Source of the DNA: Octopus vulgaris | Lineage: Eukaryota | DNA length: 64,000 nt | Direction of reading: 5' to 3' | NCBI GenBank assembly: GCA_951406725.2 | Contig: OX597816.1 | Span: forward strand, 35,402,001-35,466,000 | Shown here: piece after piece, positions 1-12,092 of the stretch | Numbering within the stretch: position 1 is the stretch's first letter | How the letters are laid out: each line of letters begins with the position of its first letter | Notes under the pieces: model-generated | What the model saw: only the letters and a program-made list of their open reading frames with translations | The model's database searches: none | Told to the model about the DNA's origin: nothing | Program-made: the position numbers and the translations under genes

Positions 1-178
1 AACCGATGCTGGTTTGTTTACGTCGCCGTCACTTAGCGGTTCGGCAAAAGAGACCGATAGAATAAGTACTGGGCTTCAAAGAATAAGTCCCGGGTCGATT
101 TGCTCGACTAAAGGCGGTGCTCCAGCATGGCCGCAGTCAAATGACTGAAACATGTAAAAGAGTAAAAGAGTAAAAGAG
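1..178 (+). mobile_element. 3' part of an Octopus-type tRNA-derived SINE, ending in (GTAAAAGA)n
   Basis: Matches the 3' half of the SINE copies at 25581-26101 and 43105-43510 (aaccgatgctggt...ggcggtgctccagcatggccgcagtcaaatgactgaaac). Confidence 0.8.
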
Positions 179-184
179 ATTGGA

Positions 185-700
185 TGACCAGAGAGAGGAC
201 AGTACTCATTATGACTGATAAGAGCATGGATAATACAGATTCCTTAATACAGCCTGTAAGACTCTCCAGATATAGGCATGGAATTTGACATAGATAAGTG
301 TGGAATATTAATCATAAGAAGGGGACAAGTAGTCAAATGCGACGTCTTCCAGTTACTAGATGTTGTCCTCCCTTCTCGTTCCTCAAAAAGACTCTCTTAT
401 TCTATCGAAATAATCTGTTCTGCTCCAAACATTGGCTTAAAGTATCATAGTGAAACACAGAAATATATGATGGAAGCCAGGAAATTCAAATGCAGAATAG
501 GCAAGCAATGAAAAGTGTTGAGAAAGTACAGTGATGAGGGTATTTAGGAATGATGGAAGCAGATGAAATAAAACATGAAGAAATCAAGCAAGTTAAAAGT
601 AAAGAGTATACAAGGTGAGTGAGAATGTATGACAAAGTTCAACTTAAGAAATGTTATTGAAGCAACACATGCAAGGATTATCAGGCAGGCATGGATCTGG
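185..700 (+). mobile_element. Degraded R4/Dong-like non-LTR retrotransposon RT fragment
   Basis: Broken reading frames give DIGMEFDIDKCGILIIRRGQVVK and YLGMMEADEIKHEEIK, typical of the R4-clade RT C-terminal region. Confidence 0.6.
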
Positions 701-950
701 AATTGGAGATTAGACCAGAACAGACTTCCGAAACTTCACGGAAAAGCTAAGCTTTAACTTCGTATTGAGCCTACCATACAAACGCTGATATTTATTTGTT
801 GTACTAAAAGAGAGACCAGGGTGGAAGAAAGTTAATTGCTAGGTACACATGTGTACAGGAAGGAAGAAAAGTCCAACTAGAATATTTAATGTACAGGGCA
901 GAGAAATAAGTAAATAAATAGACAACGAATAAAAATAGGTGGTCAAAAAT

Positions 951-1001
951 AGGCGAAGTAGTGACTGTGTGGTAAGTAGCTTGCTTACCAACCACATGGT
1001 T
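951..1001 (+). mobile_element. Truncated SINE tRNA-like head
   Basis: aggcgaagtagtgactgtgtggtaagtagcttgcttaccaaccacatggtt is the same head as the SINE at 43105-43510. Confidence 0.65.
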
Positions 1002-1479
1002 GCCACAAAATTCCTGCCATATAAGCTCCACGAAAGGAAGAAAGATGAAGAGAAAATAGGGAATTTCATCAAGATAACAACGGTATCAACAATCTGGAAG
1101 TTATTAATGATAGTTCCCGACCACAGAGTCCTCCGTAACAGACTAAATAGTTCTTTCTTGTCGGCGCCCAGAGTCTCCCCGAAAATGACGTCGCACTTCC
1201 TCGCCACGAATCAAGCGGAACAATCCACTGACCCCGTTGCCTGACTGGTAGAAGGTTGTGGGCGCCGGACGACATTCTAGGTGCTATGTGTCCATTTTGA
1301 TCTCTTCACGCAGGATGCAGCTCTGACACGGAAACTTGCTGCGGATCCCACATACGCTAACAGTCCAGAAATCGTTGCAGATGGCGTGACCTAAGAACGT
1401 GCCAGCGTATTGTGAGCAATTGAGAGCCATTCCCCACTGAGAGGATGCTGGCAACACACTGACCTCCTGGCCATTGGAT

Positions 1480-1915
1480 CGCGTCCCTTCTCTGGTGTTG
1501 TTTGTTCTGATGTAATTCAGTATATCATTGAAATTTTTCGTTTCTTGGTTCAACTTCCAACGATCAACTTTTTGAAGGTTGCAAATAATGTCGCTATTAT
1601 TCTCCTGTAGTTTTGCCTTTATTCTGTCGTAGATTGCCTTTTGTTCATCTGTCATGTCACCATTAGATTTATTGTCTCCTTTTAGACCATCTATACGTCT
1701 CTCATCAAGTAAGCTACCACTGTTCCTTTCTGTCCTATGAGATTACTTTTATTAATAAGAACTGTATTTTCATTGTTATCTCTGCTGCTATTTTCTAAGA
1801 CCTGTGTTTCGGTAGCTTTGAGATCTACTTCTGTGAACCAACGATTTTCTCTTATTGTTCTAGCTTGATCACCCAGACTTGTTCCGTGAGTGGGAACGAT
1901 CATTTTTCCCTCCAA
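1480..1915 (-). mobile_element. R4/Dong-like LINE N-terminal remnant
   Basis: Translations LGDQARTIRENRWFTEVDL and NLQKVDRWKLNQETKNFNDILNYI resemble the R4-clade ORF N-terminus; stops and frameshifts present. Confidence 0.5.
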
Positions 1916-2261
1916 TGATCATAAATACGTTGTCGGTAACTCCTAATTTGAGCACCATTTTCATCCACCGTGTTTCTCAGGTAGTAACACTCCATGATCA
2001 CAGCGTTAATTTACTTGCTCCATCTACGCCGTGTGTGTGGGTCCGTTTCTGGATATCGGAAGGCTGCAGCCGGACCGGAATCGCTGAGCCTGACAGGTGC
2101 AACACTGTCACCATCAGGGGATCCTGTTTCGTTACCACCGTTATTCACAATATTTTGTTTATTCATTATATTAGGTAGCGATTATCAGGTTGCGCAATTA
2201 TCAGTGTTTTTACCTTTATTCTCTCGACAAATGACGACGCCGTGGTGATCTCATTCTCGCT

Positions 2262-2550
2262 CACAACATCATAAGCGGGACGTGTAACATATCGAAAGAG
2301 CTGTTCTTCACTCCTGCTCCTAAGCGTCGACTGCGGGGTCACTCCGACAAGCCCTATATACGACGATCCGGGTTGCGGATCCGTGGAATAAGCTGCCGGA
2401 CGAGATAGTCAAGATGCCGACGACCGCTCGGTTCAAATTCTCTCATGACCAGAAATGGCCTGATCTCTTTGTATGAACACCCTCCCTGTACATAACTCCC
2501 TGTCCCCCTACATGGCCTTGCTTTTGCTTTTTGAGCCAAAAAATACAATT
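2262..2550 (+). mobile_element. CR1-like LINE 3' end fragment
   Basis: ELFFTPAPKRRLRGHSDK...VADPWNKLPDEIVKMPTTARFK matches the LRGH...WN.LP C-terminal motif of CR1-type ORF2. Confidence 0.65.
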
Positions 2551-3430
2551 GAATTAACATTGTGACACCATCACTAGACGTATCATTAACCAGGACACGA
2601 GGGCACTCCAACTGCTCCTTTTATTTTATCATTATTATTATTATTATCATCATGAACATCATCATGAACATCATCATCATCATCCCTGATATCAATATTA
2701 TTATTGTTTCGGCCTCAGATTCTTGTGCTATCAGAATAATAGTAGTTGTAATATTTGTAGTTTTAGCAGTTGCAGCATATTATCATTCTTTTATTTTTAC
2801 CATTGTCACCATAACCACCACTACTACTATTATTATCATTATTACTATTTCCATTTATTACTAAAAAGATTTTGATAAATGTTCTTTGTTTTCAACTTTT
2901 GCCTTGTACTTGAGAAAATCATAAATATGAGGTTGTTGAAAGAAATAGATGGGAGCGGGGAGTTGCCGTTTGGTGAATAGATCAAATCCTACAGGTCTAT
3001 AAATAGATTCAGCAGCTGGTGTCGAGGTCAGCCATAGAGAGTGGGTCAACAGAGGTCAAATTTGTTTACTACTACCAGCGCTGCCTTTCGCCTTGAGAAG
3101 AAGCAATCCAAACTGTTCTATTTGTAATTACAGTTAGAGAATACAATAAAATATTTATATACTGATATTCACGTTGCTGAATTGTTGAATTTCTGAATTC
3201 AGGTGTGTTGTAATAATATAAGTTATGTTTACATATGAGGGTAGTCAGGGATACGTTTCATGCAACATTTAATATATCAAAGTTTTAAAGTTTTCTTGAG
3301 ATGTTCGTTTGTCTTTCCATTTGGATAATACAGTAGTGATTTTGCAAATGGATGTTTACATTTTTGAATACTGAGTGAGTAAGGCAAGGATAGGTATTCA
3401 CAGAAGTTGCAGACATTAAAGTTTTGTTGT

Positions 3431-3440
3431 ATTATTATTA

Positions 3441-3493
<53 letters not shown>

Positions 3494-3567
3494 GTTGTTG
3501 TTGTTGTTGTTATTATGATCATTAATTTTATTTTTATTATTTTTATTATTATTATTATTATTATTAT

Positions 3568-3620
<53 letters not shown>
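3431..3620. repeat. (ATT)n microsatellite
   Basis: Seen directly; explains the poly-Ile ORFs. Confidence 0.95.
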
Positions 3621-3621
<1 letters not shown>

Positions 3622-3947
3622 GTTTGTGCTTACGAAAGCGTTACAAATGGGGTGAGAGTCGGACAGAGGGAGAGAGAGAGAGAAGGAATAATGTGCAGTG
3701 AGATGCATCGACATTCAACGTGGGAACGAAAAAAGTATATAGAAATTCATATTGGATATAGTATAGCTGAGATGAAGTTTTAGAAAAACAATAGAAAGCT
3801 ATTTATAAATAACTAAGGATTCGCGTGCGCGCAAGAGAGAGAAGGAAATAAAGAGTAAGTGAGAGAGAGACTGGGTGAGAGACGAGAAAAGGAAATAGAA
3901 TGTTAATTTCGATGGATTAGTAATTTTCAGTAGTAGGCATGTTACCT

Positions 3948-4171
3948 ATTTCTTTACTACCCACAAGGGGCTAAACACAGAAGGGACAAACAAGGACAGA
4001 GAAACGGATTAAGTCGATTATATCGACACCAGTGCGTAACTGAAACTTATTTAATCGACCCCGAAAGGATGAAAGGCAAAGTCGACCTCGGCGGAATTTG
4101 AACTCAGAACTTAACGGCAGACGAAATACTGCTGAGCATTTCGCCCGGCGTGCTAACAGTTCTGCCAGCTC
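3948..4171 (-). mobile_element. tRNA-derived SINE (second Octopus-type family)
   Basis: Minus strand begins gagctggcagaactgttagcacgccgggcgaaatgc...gttctgagttcaaattccgccgaggtcgac (A/B-box-like head); degenerate relatives near 25345-25480 and 46690-46850. Confidence 0.75.
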
Positions 4172-4706
4172 AGTAGTTATGTTACCTTTGTTTGAGGACA
4201 TACATTAGCCGCATACTTCGAAATTATCGAGGTATAACATTTCAGTGATGGAGAATGGGTAGATTATGAGAATGTATGCAAGTGTTTGGGATAGATGTGC
4301 GTTTCATCAAGGAAAATGTTAGTGATAATGTCAGAGAAACTATTTTTGCCGGTTTGGGAGTGAGTGTCAGTAGTTTTACACCACGTAGTAATGTATACAT
4401 GGTGGTGTGCCTGCTTGATATAAAACATGAATATTCTTCATTTTGAAGACGATCAATGAATTGTATGCAGAGTGAAATTACACGCAAATTATAGAGCAAA
4501 TGGGTGACTCATGTTTATAAGTTCCTGATTAAAACAAATCACCGTGCTTGGGAAGAAAAATCGAAATAAAGCCCATAGTGAAAGACAGAAAAAAGAAAGA
4601 ATTAGAGAAAGACAGACACAAATATTCACTCACATCTTCACTCAGGCTCACCTAGTCACACACTCACACTCACACACACACAGTTATATACCTACATACT
4701 TACATG

Positions 4707-4769
<63 letters not shown>

Positions 4770-4886
4770 ATAAATATATACATATACATATGTGCTTACA
4801 AGTATGTATATATTTACTTATACGCACAGAGTCTGAATGAGAAGGAAAAAGGAAAGAAAAGATCAGTGAGCGAGAATAAAATTTAC

Positions 4887-4938
4887 CACGTGACATTTAC
4901 TATATTTTGCGACATAAGCGATATAATGACGTCATTAT
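4887..4938 (+). promoter_or_regulatory. Candidate proximal promoter: E-box CACGTG (4887-4892) and CRE TGACGTCA (4927-4934) inside a 16-bp palindrome
   Basis: ataatgacgtcattat lies about 55 bp upstream of the ATG at 4990. Confidence 0.45.
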
Positions 4939-4989
4939 CTTCAAAAGTATTAGAAGCATTATAAGTATTTCATATAGCAATTACAAGTT

Positions 4990-6012
4990 ATGTTTTGTAC
5001 ATATTTCAGATTTCTCCTAATTCTTTTGATTGCGAAATATGTATCAGCAAACATGTGTAGGGCAGGGAAAAAGAATACCCACAAACCATACCATAATCAT
5101 GAAGAACTACGTTTTGATTTCAAGGAACCGGCAAAAAACAGATTCGCTCGATATGCAAACGGAGGACCAAAACAGCCGTTTGAAATTGTTAGATCTGAAG
5201 CAAAATCGTTGGCACCTAATAACCCTGTAATTATATTTGAATTAGAAATAAAGAACAATATACAGAAATCCATTTTTCTAACGATAAAATCCAAATGTTG
5301 CGCTAAAAAGTTTCAAATGGCAGCCGAGAAAGTAAGTCAAATGGATCACTGTATTTCTATTGTTTTAATCGGGAAACGTAAATACAAAATAAATGCACAA
5401 GAAACTACAACTATAACTCTGTTATATGCTAGTGTTAATTTATTGCTACAGAATTATCAGTTCAAAGGTCGTTGTAAGTTTGATATTATAAGCGAGAAAG
5501 CAGGAGCAGTGATTTCCTGTATGCTTCCGTTTAAAACAAGATCTATATCTAAAGAAGACGAGCCAGCTACCCTAGATAGCTCAGCGGACTCAGGGTATAA
5601 GCTCCAGCATTCGGGTCGCAAATATACAGGTTGGATATGCAACAATGACAATTGCTTGCCAATTGACTGTGCCCAAGCTACAAGTAGTAAGATGAATTTC
5701 TTTGATGGTGAGACTGGGGAATGTATTAGAGCTCCTGCTTGCGCTGCTAATAATACATTTTTCAACATTATGAAGAAACAGTGTCAAAACTATAGATTTA
5801 GCGCAATACAAAATCTGAAAGATGATCGAAATTTTCCCCATAAAGCGCTGCACGAAACTAAATCACCATATGTTGACTTGGAAAGAATTCAAGCAGGGAA
5901 TCTTGAGTATGCTAGTTGCAGTAGCATGTGTCGATCAGCTAAGAGGTACACGAAAATTCCGTCGACAATTATACCTATGTTCGACCGTTGCGCACAAGAA
6001 TCTGGTTGTTAA
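4990..6012 (+). CDS. Intronless 340-aa secreted cysteine-rich protein of unknown function
   Basis: Uninterrupted 1-kb non-repetitive ORF in AT-rich DNA; signal-peptide-like N-terminus (FRFLLILLIAKYVSA); 16 Cys after the signal; AATAAA sites near 6485 and 6568. Confidence 0.8.
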   Translation: MFCTYFRFLLILLIAKYVSANMCRAGKKNTHKPYHNHEELRFDFKEPAKNRFARYANGGPKQPFEIVRSEAKSLAPNNPVIIFELEIKNNIQKSIFLTIKSKCCAKKFQMAAEKVSQMDHCISIVLIGKRKYKINAQETTTITLLYASVNLLLQNYQFKGRCKFDIISEKAGAVISCMLPFKTRSISKEDEPATLDSSADSGYKLQHSGRKYTGWICNNDNCLPIDCAQATSSKMNFFDGETGECIRAPACAANNTFFNIMKKQCQNYRFSAIQNLKDDRNFPHKALHETKSPYVDLERIQAGNLEYASCSSMCRSAKRYTKIPSTIIPMFDRCAQESGC

Positions 6013-6976
6013 AATATACTCGATATTGTTACCACCATGGAAACCAACTTCTCAAAAAAAGAATTTCAGATATATTCAATTAAAACATTGATAAAATGCA
6101 TTCAATTTTGATATAAAAAGAAGTATTTTACGATTATATTAAAGTGAAATAAGTAATTATTTATTTATTTCGCTAGAACAGAACTTAAATTGGAGATACA
6201 TAGTCGAAAGTAGGAAATTGTTTTACGCTTTAAAATTGCTTATCAATCAATTTCCGCTGCCTTCAAAGAGACTGCAATGAGTTATTTACGTTCGGCGTTA
6301 GCGAATTTTGAAGCTCTCTCTCCTTACATGTATAAAACTGAAATATTGTTTTTGTGATAAACTAGAATACAAGTGTTAAGACAAACTGCCCAACGATTTT
6401 CCTTCATATACACTGTTTTTCGTCTTAAAATTTGTAGGTATATTTTGCTTTATCGGATCAGAACATATACTAATGAATATATCTGAATAAATCTTTGTTT
6501 TTTTTGGGTTTTTTTGTGACGAATTATATTCTTATATATTTGTAAAAGTTTATAAAAAAATGACATCAATAAAATACATTAGAAAATTTTCATAATTTCT
6601 TCATTTGTAAGTTGTTGTTTTTTTTAATTTGTAACAAATACATAATCGTTGAAGAAACTTCTACACTAAATTAAATTTACCCTCGTATATTTCCGATACA
6701 TCATTTAGTGAAACTAATTAACAACGCCGTGATTTGAATTCAGAAACACACGGCAACAAGATGGCGTTTGCCAATTTAGTTTTGTCATTTTATTTTCCCA
6801 AACGTTTCACACGTACACTCTTTCGGTCAATATCAATCCTAATTTCTGGCTTTTTAAATACTGACTGTTAATAGAGTGAGCAACTCCCATTCACAGAATG
6901 TTTGCAAGCACATACATACGCAGATAAATATTACAATGATCCTCTTTCTCTCTCTCTTTTTTTTCATATATATATA

Positions 6977-7021
<45 letters not shown>

Positions 7022-7027
<6 letters not shown>

Positions 7028-9293
7028 GTCAAAATGTTTGTGTGTGTGTTTTTGATGCGTTTCCACATGTTTCCTCCGATTTTGATGATGTTTTATTATT
7101 TAACGGAATATTTACCCAGGAAAGTCACTTCAGCATTACCTATACCTTGAGATACCCGCTTCTAGGAGAAAAATCGATTAAACTGAAGAGACCCACCTCA
7201 CTTCTTGCAAAACAAAGCAAATGTTGCACGCGAGGAAATTATTCACGGGAATGTCCGATTTTTTTTATATTTTGGTGTGAGAAGGACCGTGATGTTGAGA
7301 TATTTCAGGCAAATATTTTGGCTCGAAGAAAACTGCAGAAAACTGAATGAAAACTGATTTTTCGCAGTTTTGCAAAGTTACACGGTAGAAAATTTTTTTT
7401 ACAGGAAAGTCCGATTTCCTTGGTTTTTATGAGTAAAAAACACCATGTAACGGCGGTTCAATCAAGTATCTGTTCAATGTCCAAAAGCATTCCTCTGTGA
7501 CAAAAAGGTGTGAAAAACTATGAAAAATCGACATTTTTCAAGTTTTGCATCATGAGAAGGGCCAGATACTTTACTTTTCCAGCTCTAACGCTGTTCGGCT
7601 TGCACAAGAACACAAGGACACCGCGCTCATGGCCTTCTGCAGACTATGCACTAATTACCCCTTTGCAAAGACCCTCCTGTATCCCCAGGTTCCATCATAT
7701 TACATTTGGAAAAAGGAAACACGCATTTGGGAATGAAAGAAACAAGGACAACCTGTCGAGGAATAGCCAAACTTAAAATCTTCCCCCACACTTGAAAGAG
7801 ATTACACAGTTCACCCTAACCAACAGGAATGTTTTTACCTTCGCCTACTGCTCCATGAGGTCATGGGGCCGACACATTTCGATGACCTGAAAAGATTCAA
7901 CGGTGAATGTTTTGCTACATACCACGAAGCTTGCCTTAAACGCGGCCTGCTAGAAGACGGCGGTCAGTGGGAAGCAGCTGCAATACGCTCGGCGAAGAGT
8001 CTTCGAAAGCTCTTTCAGTGCTATTGCAAACATGCGAAATAAGTGATCCTGTATGGGAGAAATATAAGGAAGACCTTTCAGAATACTACCGCTACCAAGG
8101 ACAACTCTGTTGCTACACTTGAACGTCGGTTTCAACGATGAATTCTTCAACAGGGGACTCATCGACATTAAGGACAGCCTGCTTACTGTGGGCGGTAACG
8201 ACCTTTTATTTTACGGTCTATCGAAAGTCAGCAGAACGGGCTCGCACACACTACCAAGAGGCGTTATCCAGGAAACAGCCAACGACGTCGATGCTCTTCA
8301 ACTATACATCAATGAAAATGAGCCGAATTTGTTTCAGGACCAGCAGAACGTATACAACGATGTCTACACTTCTATTCGTGAACGCAAAGGAGGTATTTTC
8401 TTTTCAGACGCCCCTAGCAAAACATTCGTGTCTAAACTTCGGCCTGCAAAAGTATGCCAGCAAGAGGGGATCGGTTTAGCAGCCACGACTTAAGTGCTTC
8501 AAACACTCGTTCAACGTTTCTGCGTCCAAATCAGCCACCTGCAATATTACAAAAGACTCAGATAAAGCAGAAGTGCTGCGAAGGTGCCAGTTCATTGTGT
8601 GGGACGAATGCACCATGGTACATAAAGGATCTCTTGAAGCAATGGACAGGACCCTGAAAGACATCAGAGGCTGCTTTAGCTCCATGAGACTCGTTTTCCT
8701 TCTTCTCTCTGTTTATATCAGACAAACACTACCCGTAATTCCCAAAGATAGCAGAGCCGACAAATTATCGGGCGACAACTTTTCTAAGCAACTTTTCACC
8801 GTTGGTAATGGTAAAGATCGCTCCGATGCAGCTGAAGAGATGGTTGTCTCACACGTAGGCACACCTGTGCACACTGTGGACGACCGTACGACTGCCATTT
8901 TTTTCCGATCTGCACATAAACTACCAAAACCTGCTTTGGCTTTGCGAAAGAGCCATATTAGCTCCCAAAACACGTTAGTTGCGAAACTCAATGAAAATTT
9001 GCTGCTAAGCTTTCCTGGAAACCTTCACACTTACAAGTCTGTGGACACTGCTGTGGACCAAGAAGAGACCGTTAATTGCTCCACAGAATTCTTCAAATCC
9101 TTGGACCCTTCCGTACTACCGCCTCATCAACTACACTTCAAAATTGGAACTACGGTCATGCTGCTGAGGAACATGGAACCACAACGTCTGTGCAACGGAA
9201 CGTAGTTAGTTGTAAAAAATGTACTGCCTCATCTTATTGAAGCAACACTTCTCGTGATTTGCAGCATCAGAGACAGCGTAGTTATACCTAGGA
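7022..9293 (+). mobile_element. Degraded Helitron (Rep/PIF1 helicase), 3'-truncated
   Basis: LLYPQVPSYYIW, HEVMGPTHFDDLK, YHEACLKRGLLED, IVWDECTMVHKGSLEAMDRTLKDI and LPPHQLHFKIGTTVMLLRNMEPQRLCNGT are Helitron Rep-Hel motifs; many frameshifts. Confidence 0.9.
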
Positions 9294-9309
9294 TATATAT
9301 ATAAATATA

Positions 9310-10716
9310 CAGTTGCGGCTAAACCCATGGTGGCCAAAAGGATAAGAACGGTTGAAAAAATAACAAAATAATCAAAAGGTGACAGAGAATGCTGGAATTA
9401 TTTCATATTTAGTGCGAAGCCCTATAGCTTCAATCAAAGTTTGACATTTTTGACTGTATGGGGAAATTAAATTTTCAATTTCTTGCTGGATGATCTTATC
9501 CCATTCTTCCTGAAGGTCATTCCATAATTGCTCGGTTGTTTTAGGATTTCTGGCTTTCAAACGTTCTCCTAGAATATTCCACACATTTTCAATAGGATTG
9601 AGGTCTGAGCTTTGAGCAGGCCAATCCATAACAATAACATTTTCAGCCTTGAGGAAGTTCATGACCACCTTAGCCTTGTGACATGGGGCATTGTCCAGCA
9701 TGAATATGGGTGGTCGCTTAGTTGAATTTCTCAGCACAGGCAAGACATGATCTTTTACAAGTTGTTTATAAACTCCTGCATTTACCTTTCCATGTAATCG
9801 CAGCAAAGGGCCCACAACATCTCCAGATATACCATTCCCCAAACCATGACACTTCCTCCACCGAATTTAACACTAATCTTAAGGCATTTAGGTGACAATT
9901 TTTCACCTGCTTTTCGACGAACGTACCTTTTCCCATCTGAGCCAAATAACATAGACTTAGATTCATCACTGAAATGCACCGATTGCCATTTTTCTTGAGA
10001 CCACAACACATGCTCGGTTGCAAAGGTAAGACGACACTTTTTATTCTTGGAGCTGATCAGTGGCTTCACTGGAGGTGCTCTTGCTTGTAGGTCATGTTCA
10101 ACTAAAGGACGAGACACAGTTTTTCGAGATAAAGTTTTCTTCAGTACCATGCTCATTTCCCGAAAAACAGTTTTAAATCTGTCCTTTTTAACCAACTTTA
10201 CCATAGCACGATCTTCTCTCTTGGTCGTTTTTCTTGGACTACCTGTAGACTTTCTTGCTTCACACGAACCACAATTATCGTAGACCTTAAGTATACCGTG
10301 AACAACACTTTTTGACTTGTTAACAATATTTGCAATAGACCCAATACTTAAATTATCCTTCTTTCGAAGCTTAATAATCTGCTGACGAACTGGTAACGGA
10401 GTAAGTGGCATTATATTAACAAAGTACACTGCAGATATTCTTACTAATGTTTAGTAAACGAACTGTCACGTAAACAAATTCAAAACAGAGTTCGACGGTT
10501 AAATATACTAAAACATGGAGTAAAACAACAATTCTGATCATTTTGGCCACCATGGGTTTTGCAGTAATTCACTATATCATCCATAACTTTTGTATTATCT
10601 TCTCAAATTACACCAAAATCCCAGACAATATCAATTAATATTGTATTTATTGCCTGTAAAAACTTATACTTACTTTTCTGACGAAAACAATGCCATTCTG
10701 AACATTTTGGCCGCAA

Positions 10717-10719
<3 letters not shown>
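9310..10719 (-). mobile_element. Tc1-family DNA transposon with TA target duplication
   Basis: Termini CAGTTGCGGC(T/C)AAA inverted at 9310 and 10719, each flanked by TA; transposase inside. Confidence 0.92.
9404..10411 (-). pseudogene. Tc1 DD34E transposase, frameshifted
   Basis: HTH N-terminus (MPLTPLPVRQQII...), FSDESK, GGGSVMVWG, DNAPCH and DLNPIEN with 34 residues between the second D and the E; split over three ORFs. Confidence 0.9.
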
Positions 10720-10743
<24 letters not shown>

Positions 10744-10752
<9 letters not shown>

Positions 10753-11008
10753 TTTACAAGATAAGGGCAAAAGAAAAATTCTAATGCCAAATATTCCGAA
10801 AAAAAGACAAAACTGTTCAATAACCATTATAATTTATGCATCTCGAAACAAATTTCGGGACCAATACGGTAATGGCGAATTTTTATAAATTTCTATCGGT
10901 TTGTTTCGAGACGCATAAATTATAATGGTTATTGAAAAGTTTTGTCTTTTTTTCGGCATATTTGGCATTAGAATTTTTCTTTTGCCCTTATCTTGTAAAT
11001 TATTTATA
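10744..11008. repeat. Fold-back inverted repeat (~105-bp arms, ~50-bp spacer) between (TA)n tracts
   Basis: ataaataatttacaagataagggc...gaaacaaa is the near reverse complement of tttgtttcgagacgc...cttgtaaattatttat. Confidence 0.85.
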
Positions 11009-11115
11009 ATTTTAACCTTTAAAGGTATTTTTTGATATGCTGGCCATTGATATGCTGGCCATTGATATGCTGGCCATTGAAAAAATTTTCCCGAAAAAAT
11101 TTTATCGTATATTAG

Positions 11116-11205
<90 letters not shown>

Positions 11206-11269
11206 TCACACACACACATTGTTCTATACTAGCATGGCAAAATTAGCCTAAAAAATGGACTCAATTCAT

Positions 11270-11475
11270 CCGTGATAAATGCCCAGCCGTACTACCTTGA
11301 GAGGAATCATGACTTGCGTATAAATTGGCACAAGAGGAAACTTTACAGAAGCTCGTGGTATAACTTGTGCTTCTAATTCAAATTTATCAAACACTGTGCG
11401 ATGCTGAATCTGCAGTAAAACTACCTGTGTCTGTAGAATTCTCTGCAACCTACAGGGCTGTTCGTTTAATAACTA
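11270..11475 (-). mobile_element. Possible ancient RTE-like LINE remnant
   Basis: VAENSTDTGSFTA...ELEAQVIPRASVKF loosely resembles V.NF.YLGS...EI..RI.KAS..F; heavily degraded. Confidence 0.3.
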
Positions 11476-12047
11476 ATTCACTTGATCGAAATACTCAGTG
11501 CTGAAGATCTGATATTGGTGTTGATATAACCATCCATGGTACTATATATATAAATCTGCACTGATCTGTAATCCTCATACTTGCAGCATCTGCCGGTTTC
11601 TTCACAAATCGAAGGGCGAACTAAAATTTCAAATTCAACATAATCATTATGATTGAGAAAGGAGTGTAGGTTCTCGAATTCTAGTACGTCGAACCGACGG
11701 GGGAGAGAGAGAGAGAGAGAGACTGACGGAGAGAGAGAGAGAGAGACTGACGGAGAGAGACATACAGAGACAGTGAGGCTCGGATCGGTGTCATAATTGA
11801 AATGGCATAGACGAGAAAATTACTTAATACTTCTAAAGATATAAAACTTTTATAATCTAGTGCATTATAAAACTTTTCATTTTTAAATTCGAATGTTTTT
11901 GAAATAATACAAAATTGTCATACAGATTAATGAATATTTTACAATGTATTGATTTAAACGTAAAACTCTGACAGTATAACTTCTTTTCTCGTTGGCATTG
12001 TATTTGAAGTGGCTTCCAACAATTTTAAAGTAATTTCGGAATGGAAA

Positions 12048-12092
<45 letters not shown>

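Noticed and set aside
2861-3120. Unique segment with a splice-acceptor-like site on the minus strand
   Set aside because: All three frames stop within ~25 codons and no recognisable protein is encoded
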